Assembly: GCF_009834535.1 (NCBI RefSeq)
Contig: NC_045707.1
Location: 60,576,001 to 60,640,000, forward strand
DNA from: Camelus ferus
Lineage: Eukaryota
Length of the DNA: 64,000 nt
Reading direction: 5' to 3'
Shown here: in pieces, positions 38,356 to 50,924 of the stretch
How positions within the stretch are numbered: position 1 is the first letter of the stretch
Layout of the letters: each line of letters opens with the position of its first letter
Notes under the pieces: generated by a model
The model's input: only the letters and a program-made list of their open reading frames with translations
Told to the model about the DNA's origin: nothing
Database searches by the model: none
Made by a program: the position numbers and the translations under genes

Positions 38356-41300
38356 GCTGTGAAGGCCAGACTATCGCAACAACTTTCTTTGCTTGATTGT
38401 TTTATTTGTGACCAGGCCAACCCCAGCTCCTGAGGTCCTGCAGAGCCTCCCAGAGGGACCCTCTTCTGCATGGACTTGGCAAAGGGAGTTCTGGGGCTAG
38501 ACCTCACCTCTGTTGTGCACACATTTGAGCTGATAAGTTGCAGCACTAAACCCAGAAGAGAGACCATCGCTCCCTGTCGCCTTCTCTGCCCCAAGCACCC
38601 ACAGTATAGTTCACTGCAGAGGGCGGGGAGACACAATTTGCTTCCTGTCTGTGTCCAGTCTCTCCCACTGCCAGAGGGACAGATGGCTTGAGGTGTCTGG
38701 AAGTCACAATTAAGTGCCCTCAGGAACATCTGGTTCAAGGAAATCACTATTGGTTGAGTTTCTGCTAAGTCCGGCACTCTGCTAGGTGTGGCACACTTGT
38801 ACCCTCTGGATTTTGCAGATCCTATAAAATCAAGACTCTTTTCATCTATCTGCTTCAGAAGCCCTGTTTTTTTAAGGGGCCCCCTCACAGTCTTCACTTG
38901 TTATCGTGTACCCTGCAGTCGGTTTGGGCCGTCCTAAGAAACTGTTGCTAAGAGACTTACTCGAAGCCCAGCTAAGACATTTTTTGGTTTTGTTTTGCTT
39001 TGTTTCTAAGTGAGATATTTGGAGTTTTTGAATCTAGTAAAAATTCTGAATATGAACAATAGTTTCTAAAAATTGTTTGGAATTTCACAATTTTTTGGCG
39101 AGGGTTGAGAGGCGTCAGTGAAAGTCTCTCTGATTTACCACAACTAGAAAGGACCTCCTGCTTCTCTGGCTCCTCCAGCACGTAAACACGTGAAACATGT
39201 TGATGCTCTTTTATTAAGGAAATAGCTGTGCACTCCTCTCACCTCCCTACCAGACCTAATGCTGTGGTAACATTTGTTCCACCTGAGTATATTCTCCAAA
39301 AGTGGCTCCTTTCCAACAAAACTGGAAAGGTTAAATGTCGTTATGACTAAAGGGATCCTCTCTGTGTCTTTCTTGCTCCCACACGCTTATCGCAAGACCT
39401 TGGCCACAAGGGGCCATCCTGTGAAGTAGGTCATCACAGCTTTAGAGCAGATGTGTCAAGAAATTAGTTACCAGATGCAATTGCACAGCCTAGGATGTTT
39501 AATCCCTGCACCTGGCTACTTTAAAGTTTAAAAAAAGGGGTGTTAAGGGGGAAAAAAATGAAAAACTTAGAAATAAAGCAAAGAAAAGGCAGCATGTCTT
39601 TTCAATGTTAAACATTTTAACAGGGCCACTCAAGGATTACTTAACTATCGAAGGGAATATACCTTTGTTTGACTCACCACCTGGCATTGATTAAAATCAC
39701 AGATTCCATGAAGTTGCATCTTAACTTGCAGACAATTTTCCTCAGGAAGAGAGGAAAGCACTAAGACAGAAGGATGATAAACCTCTGGGTTTACTTGCCC
39801 TGGGGGAGGTGGGGGAGGGAGGAAGGCAGAAGGTGTCAGAAGGTGAAGCAGATACTGCACTTGTGTCTCCTGAGCACATTCTCCCAAAATGAATTATTTC
39901 CACCAGCAACTAGAGTGCCAAAAATCACTTTTTAGACTATGATAAAAATTGTTGGAAGAAGCAGAGTCAACATAAGGGGAAAAAAAGAGTCCAAGGGAGA
40001 AGCCTTCTTTATTATGCTCACCCCTCCCCCCAGCCCCAAGTGTCTGCAATTCCTGCTCCCTCTGATGATGGACCTTTAGTAGTAAGCCTCTGCCTACTCG
40101 TGGGTAAAAAAGGAAAGCGTATATGAAAGAACTGACACCACAAAAGAAATGTTCACCAGCTTAAGCCAAAAAAACGACCAAGGTATCAAATCCACCAAAA
40201 AAAAAAAAAAAAAAAATCAAACAGCATTTCAAAGGCATTGTTTAATTGCACTTAAGTGAATGAAAGGATGGAAATCAAACCTGGGCAGAAAAACCTCTGT
40301 CTACAAAGGAATGCCCTTGGTATCACTGAATTCAACACCCAGGTGATAAAATTTCCAACCAGTAAACATTTTTCTATACGGGAAGCAGTTCTAATTCTAT
40401 TTGAGGAATATAGATCATTGATGAATTTCAGAGACCATTATCTCTTCTGCCTGTTTAAAAGATTCAGATTCCCCCATCTGGTAAAGCATCCAGGACAGTC
40501 CCATGTAATCCTCAAGGATGAGGGAGTGAGGCGGGGAAGCAGAGCTTCAGAACAGGTAAAATTGCTTTTATTCTTTGTTGCCATGAAGGGAATTATGTAT
40601 TCAGCTCCAAATGCTGAATCCCCTAATACAATGCTGTTCTTCCTCACCAGGAATAAGACAGACGATTTAAAAAATTATTTACTTCCTTTCCAGCTAAGGG
40701 TCCCTGTTGGCTTGATCAGCTAAGTGAACCATGGACTGTCTCCTTGGAAAGAATGTGTGGCAGAAGTGTTAGTGGTTAAATGCCCTCAGACGCTGGGCTC
40801 TGAGAGCTCACAGCTGATTGCACCGTCACTGTCTGCAGTTGACTGCAGGCAACTGCTGCCATTCAGCACAATGCTAATGGGCTGCCCTTGGGAGTTAGAG
40901 TTGATGCTCTCCGGATAACTCACTTCTCAAATCTCCTAAGAAAGGGAAGTAATTTTTATTTGCCAGCATGAATTATGCCACCAGCGAAAGTCATGAATCT
41001 ATGTTGTTTAACCAATGCAGATTACTCAAAATTCTGCATCATTCAGATTAGTATCAGGGATAACAGAGCAGGCTGCTGTCTTGAGCTGGATACCTGCAGC
41101 TTTGGCTACAAAGACAACACGTCATCATCTCAGTGGAGAGCCACCTAAATCAGCACCACTTACCCCAAAGGGTCGATTAGCATAAAAAAAGGATTTTGAA
41201 ATCTGCTTGCTTCATGCCTCCTTGGCCTTCATGGGCTAACCTAAATCAATTGTTCCTCTTTTTGCGCCTCGACACTCCCTTTCAATGGTGTAACTTTTGT

Positions 41301-42291
41301 TCCCTTTTTTTCTCTCCTTACCTAATATGAGAGAGTTTCTATTTCCCTTTCTTGTCCGATAGGAACTCTTCACATATCACATTCTTCTCTTTTGCCAAAT
41401 GGCTTTTACACACCACACACACATACACACCACACACACACACTCTTTCCTTTCATTAGAATGGCAAAGGGGTTGTCCACAGGGAAGGAAACCAGATTAT
41501 GGAAAAGTGAGAACACATCAGGAGGTAGTTCTTAAATCTTTACTGTCCTGAGAAGTGTTCCTCTTCTGGACAACTGTTCTGTGCTCAAAGAGCAATGTGT
41601 TGGGCTTCGGGGTTTCCGATGAAACTTATTACTTACAGCTAGGTTAGCAGGGAGGAGTTGTGGCTCAGAGGTAATGTCAGGAAATGAGGAGTGTAATATA
41701 GTATGCGCATCCTCATTCCTTTACTTGCTGTTGGAATGTGTCCCCCTTTGAAGCCAAATGGAACGCAGAACATTTCAGGGCTCTGGGGGTGAGCCACACG
41801 GGTGGGGCTTCAAGAATCTGCAAGAGTAAAGGAGGAGCCCTCTGGAGAGGAGCACCTACCTGAGAAAAACAGACATCAAAACTGTAGGAGGGGAGGGGCA
41901 ATTTTGAGTATTAGGAGGTGTCTTCAGCTCAGATTTGCTGTCAGATCGGGCCCTGCAGACTCACATTCCACACAGGGTGTGGGGATGGCTAGTACAGAGA
42001 AACTGTGGGTGGAAACAGTTGGTTCACAAAAACATGGTAAGACAGTGGCACTGTATTGGTAAGCTTCTAAAAGAAGAAAGAGAAAACTCCACACACTGCT
42101 GGCACAGTCAGGGCTTCCCTGTACTGGAAGCATTAAGTGCAAGGAGTCAGGACCGCCCAGCAGGTACAGCCAGTGGAAGTGACAGCCGTGCCTCGCAGAC
42201 CAGTTCTACCGAGAGAAGGAGGCTGACGTGCTCAGTGGCAAAGGGTTGGGGTGAGAGAATGGGAGCAAAATGACCTTCATTGTAGATTAAC

Positions 42292-42381
42292 TGACTGCTT
42301 CAATATTGAAGATCTCTTTCCATCTCTTATGTGGAAAAATAGACATGAAATAATTTTCATTTATATGGTTGAAAGTTCATA
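42292..42381 (+). repeat. 90-bp direct copy of 48680-48770
   Basis: Hand alignment: 3 substitutions and 1 indel. Confidence 0.95.
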
Positions 42382-42483
42382 ATTTTATTTTTTATATATT
42401 CAATTCGGGGAATGATGTGTGTATTTTAATGCAACTAATATCTTGAAGCTCTTATTAAGCAATAAATTTGGATCATCAGGCAA
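42378..42483 (-). repeat. 106-bp inverted copy of 46419-46524
   Basis: Hand alignment: about 11 substitutions, no indels; tgaagctcttattaagcaataaatttggatcatcaggcaa is identical. Confidence 0.95.
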
Positions 42484-44750
42484 TTATCATATCTTCTTAG
42501 ATTGAGCCCTTCCTTGATTATTATGTAATGTCCTTCTTTGTCTCTTGTTATAGTCTGTTTCGTTTTAAAAAGTCTACTTTGTCTGATAGAAGTATTGCCA
42601 CCTTGGCTTTCTTTTCATTTCCATTTGCATGGAATACCTTTTCCATTCCCTCACTTTTCATCTCTGTGTGTTTTTAGATTTGAAGTAATTCTCTCGTAGG
42701 CGGCATATATATTGGTTTTGGCTTTGTATCCATTCAGCCACTGTGTCTTTTGATGGGACATTTAGTCCATTTACATTTAGTTCTATTGATAGGTATGAAC
42801 TTATTGCCATTTTATTTATTGTTTTCTACTTTTTCTGTAGTTATTTTTGTTCCCTTCTTCTTCTTTTGGTCTGTTCCCTTGTGATTTGATATACTTGATT
42901 ATTTTAAGTTGCTGATCACTTAAGTTTGAATACATTAAACAACTCTGCATTTTTCACTCCACCACACCAATGACATATTTTGCATCCTTTTGTTTTGTGT
43001 ATTCTCTACTACTTATTGCATATATAGATGATTTTATTTCTTTCGTCTTTTAACTTTCCTACTAACTTTAGATGTAGTTGATCTACTACCTTTACTGTAT
43101 ATTTGCCTTTACCAATGAAGATTTTTCTTTTCATAATTTTCATATTTCTAATTCTGGCCTTTCCTTTTCTGCTTAGAACATTTACTTTTCTTCTGGGGCT
43201 TTATCTATTTCCTTTGTTTGGAACATATTCCTCTGTTGCCTCATTATGCCTAATTCCCTGTTTTTATTTCTGTGTATGTGGTAGTTAGTTATGTTTCCCA
43301 GTCTTAAAGAACTGGCCTTTTGTAGTAAACATCCTATACATACTGGCAGCACACTCCTCTCTAGTCAGCAGAAGTATACGCATAAGACCTGGGGGGGCCC
43401 GCTGCATGGGGGGGTTGCAGTGTCTCAGCTACTGTGGGCTGTCTGAGAGATGCATCTGTCTGCCTCCTGGTACAGTTGGTTGCTGGGCCCTGCCTGGTGG
43501 GTGGGGCTGGGTCCCGAGGTGGCTGCCTGCAGAACTGCACGGGTCCCAGGGCTAATGCTGGCCTACTGATGAGCAGAGCTGTGTCCTGGGGTGGCTGGTT
43601 GTGAGCCTGTGAGTCACAGTCTAGTGTCAGCATGCTGGTGGGTGAGGCCAGTTCCTGACACATCTGGCTATAGGGTCCAAAGTGCCCAAAAGCTGGTTTT
43701 GGCCCTCTGGTGAGTGGGGCTATATTCCAGAGTGGCTCTCTGTGTGGCCCAGCGTGTCTCAGAGCTGGTGTCAGGTGGCTGCTGGGTGGAGCCGGCACTC
43801 AGGAAGTCACCCTGAGGACATACGCTGCTGACAGCCATTCGGGGGAGCTTGTTCTACAGGAGGACATAGCTTCTGGAAAGCACCATTCTGGGACCCTCCC
43901 TCTAGCTTATCAGCACCAGGAACCGGCCCTGCCCACCAGTCTATCAGCACCAGTACTAGGATGCCTCAGGCCAAGCAGTTAGCCAGGTGGGGTGGCTGGC
44001 TTAGGACTCCCCGAACCCCCAGCCACTCTGGACCTTGCCCACAGAGAGCCCAGGACCTGGCCCTACCCACCGGTGCACCAGAACTAGCCCTGGGACCCCT
44101 GAGCCCACTCAGCCAGCTGTCAGTTCCCTCCCCACACACCAGTGGGCCAACATAGCCTTAGGACCACTCCAGCCCCAAAGCTGGCAGTGTCAGAATCCGG
44201 CCTACCCACCAGCAGGATGACACCAGCACTGGGACCCTCTGGGCCCTGGCCCCACTCACCAGCAGGCTAATGCCAGCCCTAGGACCATCACATTCTCGTA
44301 GCCTGCGGTGTCAGAACCCAGCCACACACCAGCAGGCTGGCATCAGGCTTGGGACCTCCTGGGCCCCTGCCTGCCCACCAGTGGTCTGACCCCAGCTCTA
44401 GGAACCCCAGGGCCCTGCACTCAGGGCCACTACTACTTCTGCCCTGGGTTTCAGATTGTGTGAGATTTTTGTGCACACCCTTTAAAAGTGGAGTCTTTAT
44501 TTCCTACAGCCTTCTAGTCCTCCCAAATGTAAGCATCACTGGCCTTTAAATTCAAACATTCTGTGGGTTCATTTCCTGGTGCAGGACCCCCAGGCTGGGG
44601 AGCCCAATGTGGGGCTCACACCCCTCACTCCTTGGGGAGAAACTCTGCACCTGTAATAAAGAGTTGCTCTGTGAATAGCTGTGCTTTTGATTTGCCCATG
44701 GGAGGAGGTGAGCTCAGGGTCTTCCTACTCAGCCGTCTTGGCCACTCCTC
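42484..44750 (-). mobile_element. Laurasiatherian/artiodactyl-type L1 5' portion (GC-rich 5' UTR, ORF1 mostly deleted, start of ORF2 endonuclease), 3'-truncated
   Basis: Antisense endonuclease text ttatgtaatgtccttctttgtctc...tttccatttgcatggaata; 5' UTR end ggaggaggtgagctcagggtcttcctactcagccgtcttg. Confidence 0.85.
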
Positions 44751-45826
44751 TAGCTTGTTTCAAATATCTTTTTCAAATCTGTGATCTGTATATGAACTTT
44801 GCCTATTACATCTTTTGATAAAAAGAATTTCTTAATTTGAATGTCTTTTCCATACAAGACTTTCTTATTTTAGTTTGTGTTTCTGGGTGTTAGTTTAAGG
44901 AGTTCTTTTATACCCCAACTCTAGACAAATAATCTATGTGTTTCTCTTTCCTCTTCCATTAGCTTTCTAGATTTACTCTTTCCATTTAAGACTTTAATCA
45001 AACTGAATCTCATTATATAAACATGCATGCTCAGTGAGGGCAATGGCACTCCCAAGAAAGGGAAATTGGTTCTTAGGGGAGGAAAAAAACCCTGGACATT
45101 ACAATCATTTATGGCTCTTGAAGGGTCATAAACAGATATATTCATGTTATTAAAATTTTATTGGGAAAGGAGGAAAATTAGGAAAAAATATATATAATGT
45201 AAAGATTTCTTCTGAGGGTAGTAATGAAAAAAGTAGTTGAGAAACACTGGTATAAGCTTTACTCAGCATTACTTTTCTCTATAAAATGACATTTCCCTAA
45301 TACCATGTATTAAACACTTTATCAATTCTTTCTCTACATGTACATATCAGCTGTCTGATACCTGGCACTCAGGTGCCCCCTTTCAGCACTCTTTTTCAAA
45401 ATTACTTTAATTATTCATAACGTATCTAGTCTCCTAATACATGCTGGAATAAGTATGTTTAGTTCATTTTTAAAGTCCCACTGAATTTTTCATTGGGATT
45501 AAATTTATTAATTTTGGAGAACTGACATCTTTTTGCCATCCATTCCATGAGCATGGTACGTGTAGCACTCCATTTATTTAGGCCTTTATACCCCTAAAAC
45601 TGTTCTCCATAGAGATTGTGTGTATTGTTTATTTGTTTAAATTCAGTTTATAGTTTTGATTGCTATTACGAATGGCATTATAGAATCTGTTATATTTTTA
45701 GTTGACTATGGCTGATGCAGAGGAACACTTGATTTTTATGAGTGAAGTTGTTGTATCTGGTATTCTTGCTTAACTCTCGTATTAGCCCTCTTACTTTCTG
45801 TTGATTCAGTTGGAATTATCTCATCC
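44751..45826 (-). mobile_element. Old L1M/L1ME ORF2 fragment
   Basis: attttggagaactgacatcttt...ttccatgagcatggta...ctccatttatttagg. Confidence 0.7.
45032..45249. mobile_element. hAT-Charlie non-autonomous element (MER112-like)
   Basis: Ends gttgagaaacactg (Charlie TIR) and interrupts the L1M. Confidence 0.55.
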
Positions 45827-45982
45827 AGAAAGAAGGAAAGAAAGAAAGAAACAAACAAAAGAAAGAAATAAATAAAGAGAGAGAAAGAAAGAAAAGAAAG
45901 AGAAAGAAAGAGAGAGAAAGATAAGGAAGAGAAAGAGAAAGAAAGAGTGAGGGAAGGAAAGGATAAAAAAGGAAAGGAAATT
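45827..45982 (+). repeat. GA-rich (GAAA)n-type low-complexity tract
   Basis: About 155 bp of almost pure purines. Confidence 0.95.
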
Positions 45983-48900
45983 ATGTACTTTCTCTGAAAC
46001 AGATAAGGAGAAACCAATAATCCAGTGACCTATGTATAGCAAGAAGAACAGTGAAGAGGCCACCTGTGGATCACACTATAATAATCAGCTGGTTTAGTTC
46101 TACTGGCAGAGGTAATTACTGTTGGCTTCCTAATTCATATGCTTGGTCTTTTTCGCCATATGATTAAGAATTTCAGGAATGTATTATGTTACAAAAAGGT
46201 AGAACCACCTGTACTGCTTTACCTCAGCAAGCTGCACAGTAATCAACATTCTCTGGCTTTCTCTGAATAGTCATAATTCATGACCTCTGAACATTCTCAC
46301 CAGTAGTCACAATGAGAAGAAAATTAAAGCTCATGTATTAGAGGAGGAAAACAAAAATCTCTTGAGTAGTTTCCTAAATGACCGCCTATCGAGAGTGGCT
46401 AAGTCAAAGTAACCATTTTTGCCTGATGATCCAAATTTATTGCTTAATAAGAGCTTCAGGATATTAGTGGCATCAAAATATACACACCATTCCCTGAATT
46501 GAACATGTACAAAATTAAAGTATGCTCCATCATAATGAACTTGCACAAGGTCTCCATGCAAACACCTGACTATAGAAGCTGGAAATTTCCCAAAATATCC
46601 ACAAGAAATCTAGATGTCTTTGGAAACAAGTTCCTGAAAATGATCAAATCAATTGAATGGAAAATTTCTTTACCACCTAAAAAGTCTAAGAAATTACTTG
46701 GCCAATGAGTAATTTCTACTGGAATAAAAGTATAGCACTTGGTGACATTTAAGCATAATACTTTAAATACCATCAAATAGATATCTAAATAAAACTTTTT
46801 GTAAGCTAAATGGAACTTAGAGGTAAGGCATATAGAAGAAACACTGAGCAGCTTTATTAGAGAATAGACTATATCCATTACGTGGGGCAGATGGAAGGAC
46901 AACTTCGTAATAATGAGATAATCTTAGCTGCCGTTAGTAATGAAGGCAGGATTCAAAGTAAAATATAATGGCTTAGCAAGGAGGGAGAAAATCATAACAA
47001 AAACATCTTTATGAAGACTATCCTGTATAATTATATTTTTAAAAATATAAGAACATGAGGTTTAAGGAAAATGTTTTCAAGCAAAACAATAGAGCAGTGA
47101 TTTAATGTAGGTTATCGTTAAAGACAGCAGAGCTGCCAATAATATTGTTAATTCACTGTACTTTGTACATATCTTTATGAAAACACAAATTCACTGTAGG
47201 TCTTAATTATGAGCAACTGGCAGTCAGGAATGTTCTCTTACTTTCCTGTTTTGTTTTAAGTCTCCTGCACCCGCTAGTGCATAGTGCATAGGTATGTAGC
47301 AGGTATTCAGTCTTGGAAATGCTTTGTTTTAAAGTTATGTAACTATGGAAGACTTTGCACTACTTCTAGATGTATTCATTATCATTGGTTTTGTCTAATA
47401 GGCATCTGACTTATTCTGCTTGAATCACAATGCCATGAGTTAGTTCAGTCTAGACCAATTATTTTAACCCCCACATTGGACTTCTAACTCTGCCAGATGC
47501 TATTTGACAGGAGGTTCCCCAATACTGAAAATCTCGCCAAGCATACATTATGTTGTTGTATAATTACAGCTTTCGAGTACTCAGTATGGTATTATTAGCT
47601 CAAGCTGTAGCTCATTTGGTGTACGTAATTACAGCACACTCAGCAGTGAGCACTGACCTACAAAGAGGGGAGTCTCTGGTGCTATTTTTAATCCATTTCA
47701 CTTGACAATACATGTTATTACTAGGACTCCAAATTTTGAGAAAGAAAGTTTGATATTCACCTTGCATTTGCATATACCTTTGGTGTACCTAATATCATGC
47801 TGATACTTTAGAGCTATTATTTCTACCAATGATAATTGAATATTGATGTTATTTGAACAAAAAATTCAGTTTGGGGGAGTTCTTTTCTCTGGTGGGTGCC
47901 TGGGAAAATGACAAGGAGCCAAATGGTGCAAAAGGGTGCAAGCCTTAAAGACTTGTTCTGCTGGAGATTACAGCTTGTTAAGTTTTTGTAATGCCTAGTA
48001 TTACCCCAGTAAATTATACTTTCTTGTCATCATTCCACTTATGTATTTTGCAGCTTCAAGTGCCCCTCTTTAAGAGGCACTTAAGTTAGACCTTAAGCAG
48101 CTGGCAGTTGTAGGTATTTTGTTATAGCGATCAGGATTGCCTTGGATAAAAGGTGGTGAGTTCTTAGATGAACTTGGAGGTGGCAGCGAAGAAGCCTTCA
48201 GTTGCCTGGGCATTTCCTCCCTAGCTAGCCTCACGTCCCACTGCTCCCCAGTCACTGTTATGCATCTCAACTGGGCTACATTGCCTCTGTCTATGTGTCC
48301 CTCTAGGATTTATCTGAGTTACAAGAAAGGTTAGGATGTGACCAAAATACATGGCACTTAACTGAAACTCTCAATATCAATGACTGAAGAACTTTTTAAA
48401 AAATTTTAAAAAGAAAGTATCCTGAAGACTCTTACCTGTCCTTATAGAATTATCCTAAATTAGGGTTAATGCTTTTGCACATTATTTCACACTTGTGAAG
48501 CTCTGCGAACCCCAAGCAGCAGTCTCTTTTATGTGTGCGTTGTATATTCCATTGTACTCCAAAGCATACAATATTTTAATTCAAAGAAATTATTTTTTGA
48601 GAAACAACCATCAGTTTTTAAACTGTTTGTAATTTACATTTTAACAAAGTACTTTTAAATATTCTGAAGATGAAAGCTATGACTGCTTCAGTATTAAAGA
48701 TCTCTTTCCATCTCTTATGTGGAAAAATAAGACACGAAATAATTTTCATTTATATGGTTGAAAGTTCATATGCTAATATAGGTAGGAAAATTAATTTTAA
48801 TTCAATAAAAATCTTTTTGGTACTATGTAAAAGGACAATTACAAGTATAATCAACTAACAAAGTTATAGAGGGTTTTTATTTTATGTGGGCAATTTTCAG

Positions 48901-50924
48901 ACTTTGGTTTGACCACTAACACATGCCTACACACATACTTTTCCTAACACTAAGCTGTATTATAATAAGGTTCTACTTAAAACATCTTGACATTTTCCTT
49001 ACACAGATCTTGTGACCGTTACAGAACTAAATGACCATTATGAACCTGAGGGATGGGTTACATAACAAAATGGGCCTCTCTTGATAGGTGCCAGTGAAGT
49101 ACAGAAATATTAGCACTGTTTGACACCTTGGGGATCATTTAGCCCAGTGATGTCATTTACAAACAACCTAGGGCTCAGAGAATCAACCTGACTTGAAACA
49201 CTCACTCTCTAAAGGTAATGATGTCACTACCATCCAAGGAAAATATTTTAGTTTGAATAAACAAATCAACTAGTAATTTGCAGAAAGAATTACTCATACA
49301 GTATTCGTGTAAGGTATCTAATTATTAAGGCCTATCACCTTAAAATATTCTATGAGAATACTTGAGTTCAACAAATCCACCTGAAATTTACTAGAAATCT
49401 CTCATAGGAATCCTGCATGTTAGATGCCACGGATGATATTTAAAGTTAGTAACAGGAAGGAGGAAGGAAGTGGGAGGAGAAAGGAAAGACAAAGACAATG
49501 CCTGTCCTCCAAAAACATTTCTAGCGGGAAGGACGGCATTGCTATTTAACACTTTGTTTACACCTCTGAAAGCATTTCTGTATTATGTCTGTCTCTGTCA
49601 TTCAATGAAAAGCATTTCGAGGGCAGAGCGCATATCTGGTTTATCTACCAGAGTGAGTACCTTCTGTTAATAGCATTTGCTCAGAAATTTCTTCTTGAAT
49701 TGAAATGAATTCCATCACTATTCTCATGCATCCAAAGACCAGTACTAGAATGAATCCTATCTTTTACATACTACACTTATATATACTAAATGAAATACAT
49801 ATGTTTCAGACTCATTATGGTATACCCAATAAATTTTTTTTGCATAAAGGATAATTAATATTATGGTTTTAAAATAATGGCTTTGTACCAGTGGGTTTCA
49901 AAATACTTGAGGGAAAAGTATATGATGAAAACATTCACCTTTTTAAAAAGCTTCACTGAATATTTTAAATTTCAGTATGCCATTTTCATGGAAATGAATA
50001 ATGAATGACTGATTAAGAAATATACTCACTGGCACTCTTGCTAGTCATTTAATTGTGATCTTGTAGGTAAATTGGCAATCTCAATGGAAGAACACTTTGA
50101 TTCTTTACTAAGTTACTTAGGTTGAAAATAACTAAGTGAAAGGCAAGGAAGGGTGCTATAAATCGAATAAGGCCCCTGAAGACGGATGATGAGTTGACAG
50201 GCATTTGGTCTAGCTAAGGGAGAAAAGGCTGGTGTCTGGGCGTCACAGAGGAGGGTCTAGTAGGAACCAGCCAGAAGGAAGAGCATGAGCAAAGGCACAG
50301 AGGTGGAAGGGTCAGTGTACACTTCCCTTTGTGCTAGAAACACAGTGCCATTTTGAGTACCAGTTCTGATTGGTGGTTTCTGTTTTGTTTCCTGTGCCTG
50401 AGTGCTTCTTGGCATCTTGCCTAATTCACCAAGTCACTTTAGAACTAAGGTTTTGCTTGACTCTTGCCAGCCCTGCTCCCACCCAAACAGCTGAAATCCT
50501 CCCACCAAACCCCAGAATAAGCTCACCAGCTAACTGACTTTCCCAAGTCACCTTAACATCCACCATACTGGTTTGTTGTGAAAATAAAACCAGTAATGTC
50601 TGTAAATTGTCCAGCATGATGCCTGGCGAATGGTATTTCCATTCCCTTCTGAGTAATGTCCTAGTTGGGACACCTTTGCTATTTTATGTTACTACCACCT
50701 ACACCCTCCATACACACCCAGACGTGTGGACTAAAGCTTTCTTGAAACACCAGCCATTTTCTGTCGGGCTGTTCTCTACTGCCTGTGCTCTGCCTAGAAT
50801 AGCATCGCTACCTGCACCAGCAGCTGGCTCTGTTCCTGGGTCGCCCGCTCCATCTCTCCAGTGGGAGGATCGCATTTCCCGTCCTGGCCCCTCCCAGGTT
50901 GCAGCTTCCTGATGACTTGTCCTG

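Noticed and set aside
38340..38897. Longest ORF in the track (185 aa, minus strand)
   Set aside because: Non-ATG start, no recognisable domain or exon context; compatible with chance in 64 kb.
40256..40723. 155-aa ORF in unique sequence
   Set aside because: GTG start, no homology I recognise, no convincing splice signals.
43380..44430. GC-rich repeated units resembling a CpG-island promoter, minisatellite or CRISPR-like array
   Set aside because: CpG-depleted, degenerate units without unique spacers; explained by the L1 5' UTR.
46331..46902. Adjacent ORFs considered as a pseudogene or transposase relic
   Set aside because: The translations I tried on both strands gave no recognisable family motif.
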